The notes: a model not told the origin generated them from the sequence alone. Shown: positions 1 to 13,465, counted from the first letter of the stretch. The stretch: DNA of 64,000 nucleotides from Mobula hypostoma (GCF_963921235.1 NC_086097.1:171804001-171868000), one strand, 5' to 3'. Translations and numbers: made by a program.

Positions 1-1503
1 AGAATCTCTTATCATTTCTTACAGGTCTTTTCACTTTCTTGTTAGCTTCAGTATACGATAGTTGAAGTTTCTCCTTGATTCATGTTGACTTCGCACTTAA
101 CACTTTCTTCTTAATTTTCTGTCTTTTGTCTAAGGTAGTCCATGTTTCCTGCTGTATCCATTCTTTGTTGTTCTTTGCAGCTCTGTAACCTACACAAGCC
201 CCACTAATCTCCTTGAAGATTCAGGTAATTCATTTCCACATTATTTCAATTCTACCTACTGACACATCCTCATCAAGGTTCTGCAAGGCCCAGGATGTGT
301 TCTTCAGCTGAATGGTGAAGACAGATCTCACACTGGTGTCCTTCAGCTTTTCAACATCAAATCATCTTCGTACATGTGTTCTTGTCCCAGTGCTTCTCAA
401 CTTGAGTTTCATAACTGCTACAACAATGTGGTGATCACTTCCTGTACTTGTTCTCCTCTTCTTTCACCCTTACACCCTACAAGAATCGTCTCTGTGTACC
501 ATTGATCATTATATGGTCAAACTGGTTCTTGTCACATCCATTGGGTGAGCATCATGTCAGCTTGTGGATTTGATAGTGTGGAAAGCGTGTCCCTCCTATG
601 ACCAGATTTTTCAATGCACAGAATTCCACCGGTCTTTCACCATTGTTATTCATCGCTCCACATCCATGTGTGCCCATGACCCAAGTGAAGTAGGAGTTGT
701 TACTTCCCACTTTGGGGTTTAGATCTCCCATGACGATGATTATGTCCTGGTATGGTGTTACCTCCAATTGCAGCTGTTTGTGGAAAATGTCCTTTTCTTC
801 AAGGTCATTATTGTTAGTTTGAGCATAGCACTGGATCACAGTCACACTCACTTGCTTCCCTTTCACTCTGACTCTCATCTGCCTACTATTGATTGGTTTC
901 CACTCCAGCAAGCACTTCTCAATGTCTTTCTTCAAAATGACAGCTAATCCACCATGATGCTGACCATCTTCCCTTCCTGAGTATAAAACTGTTTCACCAG
1001 TTGCTGCCTTTAGTCTGCCAGATCCTGTCCATCTGCTTTCACTGATGCCAGTATACAGTATGTAGGTTGTAACGACACATTTCTGCAATTATTTGTGCTT
1101 GTTGGACATGGTTCATACATTCCAAAAAACAACTTTGGTCTTAATCTTAGCAGTGTTCATGGCTTCCTTCCTCGTGCCAGTAGCTTCCTCTCGATTTTCA
1201 CTACTGTCAATCATGCAAGTCCCAGGAAGAAGCTCTGGAATACCATCACACACAGATAAAGGATTCTTCATTGTTGTTCCTATGACAATTTTTTTGAAAA
1301 TCAGAGTTCTTAGCCCAGAGCTGAACCCCTGTACCTGGAGGAGTGGTGGACCACTCTTAGTCTGGCATCTACCCTTGTTTTGCATAGGTGACCCTACAAA
1401 GAGCTAAAACACAAGGCACTGACTCTGGCCAACATAGCTCTCTGGGTCATCGAAGCACACAAGCCTTCAAACCCTATGACAAGGCTGTGGTCCTCTTGGA
1501 GGA
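1..1503 (-). mobile_element. RTE-clade LINE, 5' half (5' UTR plus APE endonuclease), running off the window start
   Basis: ORF 552-1088 has RTE endonuclease motifs (ESRWTGSG, VLYSGRED..H.GG.AVIL, VIQCYA.T, MGDLN.KVG, NNNGER..EFC, LVIGGT.FPH..IHKLT). Upstream VVFWNV is the EN start. The 5' head resembles BovB/Expander-type RTE 5' UTRs. Confidence 0.9.
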
Positions 1504-1792
1504 CAGCCTCAGATTAGATGGATGTCTATTTAGAATTGAGATAGGAAGGAACTTCTTTAGCCAGAGGGTGGTAAATCTGAGATATTCATTGCAACGGATG
1601 CAGAGGAGGCCATGTCATGGAGTATATTTAAAGCAGAAGTTATAGGTTCTTGGTTGGTCAGGTTGCCAAAGATTATGGGGAGAAAGCAGGAGAATGGAGT
1701 TAAGAGGGACAATAAATCAATCCTGATGGAATGGCGGAGCAGTGTTGATTTGCCAAGTGGCCTGATTCTGCTTCTATGTCTTACAGTCTTAT
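1504..1792 (+). mobile_element. CR1-clade LINE 3' end
   Basis: Encodes FR.E..RNFFSQRVVNL, the CR1 ORF2 C-terminus, followed by the GGCCT..TTCTGCT.CTAT.TCTTA tail shared with other copies in the window. Confidence 0.8.
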
Positions 1793-2397
1793 ACAGGAAT
1801 TATATTACAAATGTATATGTAGGAGCATGTGATTGTTATATTTGCAAGAATGTTATAGTGAGTATAAATAAAAATTAAATAAACTGTTGGTAAATTGGTT
1901 TATTTTTAAGACGTACTGAGATACAGTGAAAAACTTTGTTTTGCAACCTGTTCATACAGATCATATTATCACATCAGTACATCAAAGCAGTAAAAGGAAA
2001 AGCAATAACGGAATACAGAATGAAGTGTTACAGCTATAGAGAAATTGTAACACAGGCGACAATAAGGTGCAAGGGCCATGGCGAGGATCCAACTTATCAT
2101 ACATGTAGGGATGGCATCGTCTCTGACGGGTATATTTAGAACCAGGACTCACTGCCTCAAAGTAATGTCTCATCCATTTCAAGCCAGAGATGAATTGAGA
2201 TTTCTTCCTTTATAGGGCAGTGAAAATTTGCTGTATCCCTCTATCCTAAGTGACATGTATGTTCATCAGAGACAGATTTAAGGGACTCGAGTGGTATATG
2301 ATTGTAGGACAGTGGTGCTGAGGGAAAAGTTTGGTCATGGCCTTATTAAATTATAGAGCATGCAAGAGAGCTTGAACAGTCCATCCAGAATATCATT

Positions 2398-2912
2398 AGG
2401 TATAGGAGCAGAATTAGGCCATTTGGTCCGTCAATTCTGCTTCATCATTCTGTACTGTACTTTTCTATGATTCTTTTCGATTTCATGGCTGATTTCTTTC
2501 AAACACATTCACCTGCCTTCTCCTCATAACCTTCAACCCCCTTACCAATCAATAACTATCAAACTCTGCTTGAAGTATACCTAATGATTTGGCCTCCACT
2601 GCCCTCTGTGGAAACAGATTTCACAGATTCACCACCCTCTGGCTGAAGAAATTCCTCCATATCTCAGTTCTAAAGAGGCATCCCTTTAATCTGAGGCTGT
2701 GCCCTCAGATCATAGACTCTCCTACTAATATAAACATCCAACCCATGTCCACTCCGTCCAGCATATTTCGATGAGCTCCCTCATCGTCCTTTTGAACTCC
2801 ATCAAGTACAGGCCCAGAGATATCAAACACTTCACATATATTGAGTTTTTTGTTCCTAGGATTATCCATGTGAAGCTTCTCCGGAACCACTCCAGTGCTA
2901 GCACATCTTTAC
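2398..2912 (-). mobile_element. CR1-clade LINE 3' end
   Basis: Reverse-complement match to the CR1 3' ends at 18300-18810 and 54800-55325. Confidence 0.8.
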
Positions 2913-5900
2913 TTAGATTTCTATTTCAATGCTTCGATGTACAGTACTGTGTAAGAAATTTCAGGCTGAGTCTTGTATGTTCTATTTTCCAGAGAAGGAT
3001 TTTCCCCGGTTACATGTCAGTTGTGTCAGTAAGTGCAGTATTAAATTTTCATGAAACTTTCTTGTAAATGATATTCCTTGGTTTTTCTTTGTCTTATCAA
3101 GAACTGCTTTCTAAATTTGTGTGAACTGAGCATTGTTTCATATACTTTATTTACATGTCATGGCTTTTGTGTGGAATTCTCATTCAAAATTAAATTAAGA
3201 TGAGTATGTGGAGAGGAACTGAAGTGAACTGTCAGGCTGAACTGTCAAATATACCAAAGACAGCGTAGTACTACTTATTCAACTAATTAATGCATTGCAA
3301 GCCATTTGCAGCAGAAAGATTATTGACCTGCACTTGGTATTTAAAGGTAATTACAAACGCCCAGGAATTTAGTAATAATAACTTAATTAAATTAGTCACG
3401 AAAAATAGCTAATCTCCTGGTTCAATAGTTTCCTTGCCAACTTTGCTGGGCAACCAGAGCCCAGTCTCCACCCCCTCAAATGGTGTAACTACATTTCTGT
3501 AATTTGGATGGCCTCCAACAATGGCACAGCATGTACAGCCACAGTTTCACAGCTCCAGGGACACTGGTTCAATACTGATCTCCAGTGCTGTGACTGGATG
3601 GGATTCTTCCCACATCCCAAATGGTAGGCTAATTGAACATTGCAACTTGTGCCAAGTGTGTGGCTGAATGTGAGGACCTAGAAGGAATTAATGGGAATGT
3701 TAGGAGACAGACTGGACATGAAATACCAAAGGGGAACTGGAGGATGGTATTCATCTCTAAGAGGGGATAAGGTCACAGCTAATCTATGGCAAAACACCAT
3801 ACTGTCACTTTGCTCTACATCTCTTAATTCTAGCTTTTGGAAATCTATTAACCTCAGGTTTAAATTCAACAATTATCCAAGGATAGGATGCCAAATACAG
3901 AAGAGAATGTGGGGCAGAGCTGTTTTACACTGCGAGGAACTGTAGTCCAGAGTTTAGACACAGAATCTACAGATGCTGAAAATCCGAAACTAAAACACAA
4001 CATGCTCAGAGCCACAGCTGTTCAGGCAATGTCTGTGGAGAGGGAAACAGAGTCAATTAGCCTCATTAACCAGATAACTTCATTGATAACTTGTTCCCAA
4101 GATAAATCTAACCATATCCTTTCAGAATATTCCCCTTGCCTTACCCCTTTCCTTTCCTCTCTTCAACATTAAACTATAGTTTCTTCTTTTTCAGTTTGAT
4201 TAAGGATCTTTGCTCCAAAACATTAACACTCCATAGATGCTGATTAACCTACTGAGTGTTTCCAAAAATTTCTGAAAACTAAGTGGATTCTTTTTGATTT
4301 ACTTAAAATATTCTCAATGTTCTTGAATATTTTTATTCTATAAATTTTGAAGAAGTTGCATGATTTTAACAGGTTCCCAGATATATTACAATTGCAAATG
4401 CAAGAGATGTCCACAAAGATTCATACTGCCTGCTTTGACAGGCATAAGAGACAAGATGGGGGACAGGCACAAGACAGTTGTGAGTGGAGATGGCTGCCTG
4501 CATTAAAACAGACCCTACAGTGCACTTGTTCATTTCGGTCTCCGAGAGGTAGACTGCATTAGATGTAGAACAAACATTAAAGGCCCATGCTGGTGACTTT
4601 AAAGCAACAGAACTCATTGCATAATGGTGAGTAACTTGGGCTGGAACAAGAGCAAGTCTGAATCAATTTATTTTCACACATGGCTGACAGTTCTGCTGCA
4701 GTCAGCTAGCCTTCAGACAACACAACTTGAATTTATATTCCACCATTAACATAAAGATGCCCTAATGTGCTTTAAAACATAGCAATAAATGATCAAGCAG
4801 ATGCTGCGCAATGTAAGAAAGGACTGAGGAGATGACAAAATACTTTGTCTCAGTAATGACAGTCTTAGCTAGAAAAGAGAAAAATCTGGAAAAGTTATGG
4901 CTAAAGGCTAAATGATAGGAGTTGTTATAATTGTTAAAGAGTTGAAGATGGACTGAAACTAAAGTAATTAAAAACAGCTCCAATTGTAGGGCCTTCGGCA
5001 AACTCAGGAGAGAGGATTCTACCTCATTATAGCCTTGAACCTTATTGTCTGCCTTCACTGCATTTTCTCTGTAACTAACATTTTACTCTACATTGTGTCA
5101 TTGTTTACTACCTCAATGCACTGTTGTAATGAAATAATCTTTATGCAAATCGAAGTACCTTGGTACAGTACATGTGACAGTAATAAGCCAATTTGCCAAC
5201 TTACCAATATGAAACCACACCCTCAAGGTGTAGTTGGAGTGAAGACCATCAAGGCACTTCATAGGAAGCAGGATATTCTTATTGACATGGGATCAGCATA
5301 AATAGGAGCAGTAGTCACAAGTCCCTGTTCAGTCAGATCACAACCAATGTGTTCTTACTTTAACTTCACTTTCCTGCCCATTCCTCATCACGGGTGACTA
5401 CTTTCAGGATAAAAACTTGTCTCAGCCTCTGAAGAAGGGAATTTCAAAGATTCATCAGCTTTTGAGAGAATAAATTTCTGTGCAGTGTACTCAATGAACT
5501 GTTGCCACCTTAAGTACATAGAACATAGAATATACAGCACAATATGAGTCTCTTGGCCCATCATGTTGCACCAGCCTTTTAATCTACTCCACAATCTAGC
5601 TCACCATTCGCTCCTACACAGTCCGTCACCCTCCATTTTTCTTTGATCCATGTGCTTATCCAAGAGTCTCTTAAATGTCCCTAAAGTATCTGCCTCTATC
5701 ACCACCCAAGCAGGGCATTCCAGACACATACCACTCTCTGTGTAAAACAGACTTCTCCCCTAAACTTTCTGCCACTCATCATAAAATGATACTATCTGGA
5801 ATTACCCACTGCTTCCCTGGGAAAAAGGCACTGGCTGTCCACTCTATCTATGCCTTTTATGATATTATACATGTTATAAATTTGATATGATATTATATCA

Positions 5901-6589
5901 AGTTGCCTCTCATCTTCCCCCATTCCAAAGAGGAAAACCCCAGCTTGCTCAGCTTTTCCTCATAAGACATGTTCTCTAATTATGTTCCTACTTCTTACAT
6001 GTTTTCAAAGTAGTCAACCCTTTCGGAGGTAAGGAAGAAAATTTATACAGGTAGAATGAGACATGATGTGAAGACAGCAAAGGCTAGATAGTCTGAATGG
6101 TCTTTAGACTCACAAGAACAGAGAAACAGTTCCCCTGTTGAATTAATAAACAAATGTCAACCTCATTAGGTTGATTAATGCAGGTTTTCAGACAATTCTG
6201 TTTCTCCTCATTAAAATCATTCTGCCTTCCTGTAGAAAAGTTCAAGTCTTGTTTCTGTTGTTTCTTTGTTCATGCAGCAGATTTCAAAGTATGTAGCCCT
6301 GTGGGTAAGGCCAGGCATTAAAGATACTTGTGAAAAAAAAAGTCCTGGATCAATATTGGATTGAACTATCAGAAGCAACTGTGATCCATAACTGCTTCTT
6401 GAAGATTGGTTGAATTATGTCAACATTTTGTAAAGTAGTTCAACATCCAGCAGCAATGACATCACAATTTCTATCCTATTGCAGAAACCCAGAAGAACTA
6501 CAAACTAGGTATTTTTCAGACAAAAGAGACTACAGATGCCAAAATCTGGAACGAAATATAGAGCTCTGGAAGAACTCTGTTGGTTAAAG

Positions 6590-7320
6590 CTCAAAGTTCA
6601 AAATAAATTTATTATAAAAGTACATGTATGTCACTATATATAAACCCTGAGATTCATTTTCTTGTATGCATACTCAATAAATCTACAGAATAATAGATTC
6701 TATAGAATAATAACAGAATCAATGAAAGACTGCTCAACTTGGTGTTCAACCAGTGTGCAGAAGACAACAAACTATGCAAATACAAAAGAAGGAAATAATA
6801 ATAATAAATAAATAAACAATAAATATTGAGAACGAGATGAAGAGTCTTTAAAAGTCCATAGCTTGTGCGAACATTTCAATGATGGGACAAATGAAGTTGA
6901 ATAAAGTTATCCCCTTTGATTCAAGAGCCTAATGGCTGAGGGATAATAACTGTTCCTGAACTTGGTGATGTGAGTCCTGAGGCTCCTGTAACTTCCCCCT
7001 GATGGCAGCAGTGAGAAGAGGGTATGCCCTTGTGGTGTGGGTCCCTGATGACCGATGCTGCTTCCTGCGACAGCATTTCACGTTGATGTGGTCAATGGTG
7101 CGGTGAGCTTTACCTGTGATAGACTGGACCATATCAACTATTTTTATAGGATTTTCCACTCAGGGGCATTGGTGTTTCCATACCAGGCTGTGATGCAGCC
7201 AGTCGATATATAGTCAATTTCCCTCGGGGTCAATAAAGTATGACTACTCTCCATTGCACATCTATAGAAATTTGTCAAATTTTTAGGTGTCAGGCTGAAT
7301 CTCTGCAAATTCTTAAGGAA
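6590..7320 (-). mobile_element. Rex-Babar/L2-type LINE 3' fragment
   Basis: Antisense similarity to the RT C-terminus and 3' UTR of the 26960-28956 family; AT-rich 3' UTR. Confidence 0.6.
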
Positions 7321-7760
7321 ATAAAGATGATATTAGGCATGTTGGACCACGTGGGGAGGACTGGAATAGAGGCTGAAACTGGGGAGGGTGAAGGGGATGG
7401 GAAAAGAAGCAAACTAGAGGGACAGGTAAGCGTTTGTGGGGATACGGGTTACCTCACATCGGAAATGTATTCAGGATAAATTAATGAAGTATATTTAGGT
7501 TCAGGTACATTATAGATTATTTGCTTTCTTGGAAGAAGTAACCTAATGCTTGCCATGACAATACTCTTCACAAAGATACGTTGATGTGGATGATCATGAA
7601 TCATATCATCACATTACAGGAATTTGTAAATGATAGGAGAAAGACTGAATAAGTATCATTTTCAAAAGATTCTGCTCAGGGTCATGCGAGAAGAAAAGCA
7701 GCAGAAGGTCATGGTGCAAGGCAGTGGTGGAATGTCAGAAGGGAGGACACTGGTGCAGTG

Positions 7761-8236
7761 CGTAACGATCTGACACGAGTGTGCAGTTATGCCCCAAGTG
7801 CAGAGGGAGAGACGCTGAAGCAGATGAGCAGTTCACTGAATTTTAATAAGAACTGTGCAGCACAAAAGAAAAAGCAATAAACTTTAGGCCAAAAGGGCTG
7901 TTAACTAAAAATCTCAAACTGAAAGCTAACATCAACAATGAGGCTTGGAAGCAGTAACTTAATGCTAAATAAATTCCGCTCCTTTACTGTGTCAATATAA
8001 ATGGTGTCTTCTTTCCCGGAACAAGGACAAAGGTAAGGAGTGAATGTTCACAGCGAATGTTCACGTTGCTGTTCTTTTGGTCAACAAGACATAAATGAGA
8101 GGAAGGGAGTTAAATACAACCACAATGAAATGCTAATTGGCTGAAATGTGCATACTCACGAGCATGATTGCCGACTCTGTTCAGCAGCCTGCCTGCGAGG
8201 GCACCCAGACACTGTGTCAGAGTCTGTGGTTTGTCA
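7761..8236 (-). repeat. 3' LTR of the Gypsy element
   Basis: Aligns with 13000-13465 (CTGACAC.AGTGT.CAGTTA.GCCCCAAGTGCAGAGGGAGAG...) and lies next to the PPT. Confidence 0.85.
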
Positions 8237-11200
8237 GGGCCCCCCTCCCTACGCGCAGTTCTTGAGGTGCTAGAGGCCTGTGCTCACTAGAAGTCCTGGA
8301 TAAGAAGCTTATCCAGGATGTCATGGGCCAGAACCCAAAAGCATTCCTCAGGGACATATCCCTCCCAATCCATGAGATACTGGACTGCTCTGCACCCAGC
8401 AAGATGTCAGAAGGCATCACACGTAATAGACCTGAGACCCTCCAACAAGTGGTGAGGGTGTGGCTGGAGCAAGAGGGGAGGAAACCATGGGCTTGAGCTC
8501 GTAAACATGGAACATTGGGTGAACTTCATCAATGAATGTAAGTACAGACTCTGTTGCTAGCTTTCTCTACTACAAATGGTTCCATGTAGCATGGGGCCAG
8601 CTTGCGGCTGTCAACTTTCGAAAGAAGATCTCTAGACATTAGCCAGACTTTCTCCCCTGGCTTGAGTGGCCTCACATATCAGCAGAGCTGATCAGCCTGC
8701 TAGACATATTGTTTCTGAGTGCAGAGCAGAGAAGCTCTGGGCTTCATCTGCAGTTGTAGTTTTGGACCAACTGTTCAGAAGCAGGAACTCCAGTCTTTGG
8801 TCTGGGAAGAGCAATGGCTAGGATCCCTTCTGGCATTCAAAGGAGGATATAACAGTGGAGGATAACTGGAAATCATTGTGGCTAATATCTGCACAAACTA
8901 GTTGGAAAATCCAGGTCATGGGGTTGGAATAGACAAGGCAGCACATGGTTGTCTCCAGCTCCTGATTCACTTTCTCAGTCTGACCATTAGATTGGGGGTG
9001 GAAACCAGACAAAAGGCTGGCTGTGGCTCACAAAAGAGAACAGAAAGCTTTCCAAAACCAGGATATGAGCTGTGCTCCTCCATCAGACACTGTGTCCTCA
9101 GGGAAACCATGCAGCCTGAACGTGTGCTAAACCATGAGGTTGGAAATCTCATGAGCCGATGGAAGTTTATGGAGAGCAATGAAGTGGGCATCTTTGGAGA
9201 CCAGTCCACAACACCAGAATGGTAATGTTTCCATCTGACGAGTGCAGACCAGAAATGAAATCCACCAAGAGGTGAAACCAAGGGTGGTGAGACACAGGCA
9301 GCAGGCAGAGCAGACCTGAAGGGTGCTGACGTGATGTTTTGTTCTGGGCTCAAGTGGAACAGGCAGAGATAAAGTCATGGACATCTTGGAATATAGACAG
9401 CCACCAAAATTGGCTTTTTATAAATCGAAGGGTCCACTGAGTTCCCAGATAGCCAACTAGACGGGAAGAGTAACCAGACTCCAACACCCTGGGGTGCACA
9501 GTGGCAGGGATTAACAGCTGTTTCAGAGGCCCCCCCCCCCCACCTGGGTCTGGATCTGACTGTGCGCAGCCCTTACCAATGCCCATTTTTCCCATGTCTC
9601 CAGAGCTACAATGCATGAGTGTGGAAGGATGGGCTCTGAATTGGAGTTGTCTTCAGAGGTGTCAAACTGGCAGGAGGGAGCATCAACCTTGGTATTCTTG
9701 CTGACAGAATGGTAGGTGAGAGTGAAATTAAACCGGGTGAAGAAGAGAAGCCAACAAGCTTAATGGAGTTGAGCTTTTTGGTGTCCTGAATCTAAGAGAG
9801 GTTCTTGTGATCTGTCCATACCAGAAAAGCATGCTCTGCCCCCTCTAACCAGTGTCAGCATACTTCCAGGCATCCTTAACAGTTTTTAGTTCCCAAAATT
9901 GTAGTTTCACTCAGCAGGAGTCAAGCATGGGGTAAAAAAGCACAGTAATGCAGCTGATTCTCCACAGAGGAGCACTGGAGAGTACAGCTCCAACCTTTAA
10001 TCTGATGCATCAACCTCAATGATGAATGGATGGGATGGGCCTGGATGTTCGATTCTAGGGCACTGGTGAAATATCACTTTAATTCTGAGAACGTTTGGTC
10101 TGCTTCAGTTGTCCAGAGGAATTCTGCAGAGGTCTTCCTGGTGAGTGCATCATGGGAGGTACAATGGAACTGAAGTTTGATGAAGCAGCGATAAAGATTT
10201 GCAAACCCCATGAAGCAACTCACCTGTTTGATCACTTGATGACTGCATGAACTTTACATGGGTCTATTTGATTTCTGGAAGGGGTGAGGATATAGTCCAA
10301 GAATAACACCTGCTCTTTGTGGAACTCACACTTCTCTGGCTTGGCACAAAGTTTGTTCTCGAGGAGCTATATGAGAACCCTCTGGACATGCTGGCTGTTT
10401 TCCTGTTGAGAGTGGGAATAGATAACAATGTCATCCAAATATACAAAAACTAACTGATTCAACATGCCCTAGAGCACATTGTTAACCAAGGCTTGAAAAA
10501 TAGCAGGGCATTGGCTAGACCTAAAGGCATCACGACGTGCTCAGAATGGCCAGTGGAGATGTTGAATGCTGTCTTCCACTCATCTCCTTCTCGGATAAGA
10601 ACCAGGATGTAAGCATTGCGCAGATCTTTCTTGGAAAATATCATTGCTCCCTGGAGATGTCCAAACATAGAGGTAAGCAGGGGAAGAACGTAGTGGTTTT
10701 TCACTGTAATGTGATTGAGGGGCCGATAATCAATTCAGGGGCAGAGCTTGTCATGCTATTTGCTCAAATAAGAAACCCACCCATGCTGGGGGAGGTTGAC
10801 AGACGAATAAGTCCCTAAGGCCAATGCCTCCTTGATGTATTCTTCCATGGCTACTGTTTAAGGACGAAAGAGGAAAAATCCAGCCCTGCGGAAGACTAGT
10901 ACTGGGTAAGAGGTCAAAGGCACAGTTATGGGGCCAATGTGGAGGCAGGAACGTGGCCTTCTTACCGAAGACCTCAAGAATACCAGCATATTCAGCTGGA
11001 GCTTCAGGAACATGCACAGTAGCAGTTCACACAGGAGGGCATATGCTGACAGGGGCTTAAGCTGGACCCAGACAAGTAGACAGGTATGATGGTCCCCACT
11101 CTCAGAGTGTATTTAGGGACCAATCAATCCTTGGGTTGTGTTGACATTGCCGGGGAAGACAAAGCACCAGCAGCAATTTAGGTGAATCAACACGACAGAA

Positions 11201-11997
11201 GGAAAGCTATCCCCTATGCTGAACGAGTTCTGTGGAAAGGTGGATCTTGCCAGTGCCCAGAGGCCAACTATCCAGAGTCTTGACATCAATACTCTCTCTC
11301 AATTGTTGAGTCTCTCCATCTATGAGCCAGAGAGATATCCATGAGCTGCCCTAGAATCAATAAATGTCTAAAGCTCTTAGTTCTGGAACCACCATGACAA
11401 CGAAGCTGGGAGCATTACACAATTAAGGGAAGATGCTTGCAGGGATACTCAACACATCAGAATTCCCCTTCCTGTTGGCGGGTATCGTCTTTTACTGGGC
11501 ACCTGGGGACATGATGCTTGGAAGTGTCCTAGATTGCTACAGAAGAGGCAGGAATCTGTTCCCTGCAACAATTTTGTTCCTCCTGAAATAGGTGCATGCA
11601 CCCCACCTGCACAGTCTTCTCTGCAGATTGTGTACTGGCTGATGAGGAAGAGGGGGAAGACAGAAGGTGATCTAAAGAGTAGGAAGCTCGGGGCATTCTG
11701 TCTCTGTGCTACTCAGTTGCCCGGATGTCACTTTCAAATGGCCAAATTTAGCAGGTCATCCAGGCTGTCCTGCTCATCCAGCACTACGATCTCATTCTAA
11801 GCCACTCCACTCAGCCCAGACTTGAAAGCAGTGATGAGGTGTCTCTTGTTCCACCCTGTCTCAACCTCAACTGTGCAGAACTTTACTGTGTGTTCCCTCA
11901 CTGCACCTCTTCCTTGGCACAGGTCGAGCAGTTGGTGGGTTGCTTCCTGACCCCATACTGGAAGATTAAACACTCTTTTGAAATTAACCACAAATTG

Positions 11998-12349
11998 GGA
12001 TATAAACACCTACAATGGTTGTTACATAGGCTTACATACAACATTTTGGACCAGAAGAAATGGTCCAGAAGAGATATATGGAAATTATTATTAATCCACT
12101 ATTATTACTATTTTTCTTAACAACTAATATCATTACTTAGCCTAATAGATTAGAATTTCAACTGCACATAATTATCTATTTAAGTGTCTAATTTCTTTTT
12201 ATATCATCTTAATGTGTACTTAGGAATGTATAAATAATTATAGTTTTATACATATATATAAAAAAAATGGAAAAGCTTAAACATGTGAAAAAAGTTCATG
12301 ATACTTGTGAGTTCCTTATCCAAATAAAAATAAAAAATTTTTAAAAAAA
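11998..12349 (+). mobile_element. 5'-truncated L1-type insertion inside Gypsy gag
   Basis: 18-bp TSD GAAATTAACCACAAATTG at 11980-11997 and 12350-12367, with AATAAA and an A-rich tail; interrupts gag. Confidence 0.8.
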
Positions 12350-12999
12350 GAAATTAACCACAAATTGTTTGAAGAACTCAGGTGCATGGGAACCTTGTTC
12401 TCATACAGCATTGACAGGCTGAGTGGGGATCCATCAAAGAGATTCACCATGTATGCCAGTTTACGCACATGATTACCAAACTTGCTTGGTTGGGCTTGGA
12501 AAGTCAGCTCACACTGCGCAATAAAGTTGTTGCAGCCATCATGATAACCATCATCTGCCTGGTGGAACAATACTCGCTTCTGATCCGGAAACTGCTCAGG
12601 GAAACAGGGCATTAGTGACTGAGGCTGATGAGACTACTGCAGAGGAAGATGTTGGGCATGCTAAGCATGGGATTGTCTTGGATGAAGGCTGTTGCTGCTG
12701 AATTGCATCAACAGGAGTGGTTATAGCTGCCACCTGATTCTGGCTGTCACTAGTGAGTCACTGTTTATCATGTTCGGACTGGGCCTGCCACTCTGAAAGT
12801 AACTGTTGCACTGCACAGGCCATTGACTTCATTGATTTCAACTTTCCCACCACCTGACCCATGATCTTTGGTTTTGACTGGGCTTGCTGCTCTACGAGTA
12901 GTTGTTGCACCCAGCCTCTACTGACTTCAGCTTCTCTCCGACTTACCCAATGAAAATCAGGGCCGAGATTGCCACTTGCTCCATTTTAGTGGTTGATTC

Positions 13000-13465
13000 T
13001 TCCTGACACAAGTGTACAGTTAGGCCCCAAGTGCAGAGGGAGAGTCAATGAAGTGGGTGAACAGTCTCTGAACTTTAATAAGAACTGTGCAGAACAATAG
13101 GAAAAACGATAAATACTAGACCAACAAGACCATTAACTAAAACTCTCAAGCTGAAAGCTAGCACAGATACTGCAGCTCAGAAGCAGTAAATTAATACTAA
13201 ATAAATTCTGCTCCTTTACAGCACCAATCTAAATGGTAGACTTCTTTCCTGGGACAAGAACAAAGGTAAGTCGGGAGTGTTCACGTCGCCGTGCTTTTGG
13301 TTTAGAATCAACAAGACTGAATATAGAGAAAGGAAGTTATTATACAACAACAATGAAACACTAATCGGCTGAAACAAGCATACCCACAAGCATGATTGCT
13401 GACACCGTTCAGCAGCCAGCTCATGAGTGAGCTCAGTCTCCGCTGCAGAGTGCAGGGTTGTGTCA
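13000..13465 (-). repeat. 5' LTR of the Gypsy element
   Basis: Diverged direct repeat of 7761-8236; inner boundary is unclear. Confidence 0.85.

Larger units (their letters stand above)
7761..13465 (-). mobile_element. Decayed Ty3/Gypsy chromovirus (Sushi-like) LTR retrotransposon with both LTRs
   Basis: Direct repeats at ~7761-8236 and ~13000-13465, both ending TGTCA. Polypurine tract (CCCCCCTCCCT on +) at ~8240-8250. Minus-strand fragments: gag (FIAQCEL.F..QP, LL.L.QG, GWN...L..AF..GL), CCHC knuckle ~11505-11550, protease ~11340-11380, RT ([18 protein letters not shown]), integrase (SGFHPQSNGQTEKVNQELE), chromodomain ~8290-8390. Confidence 0.92.
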
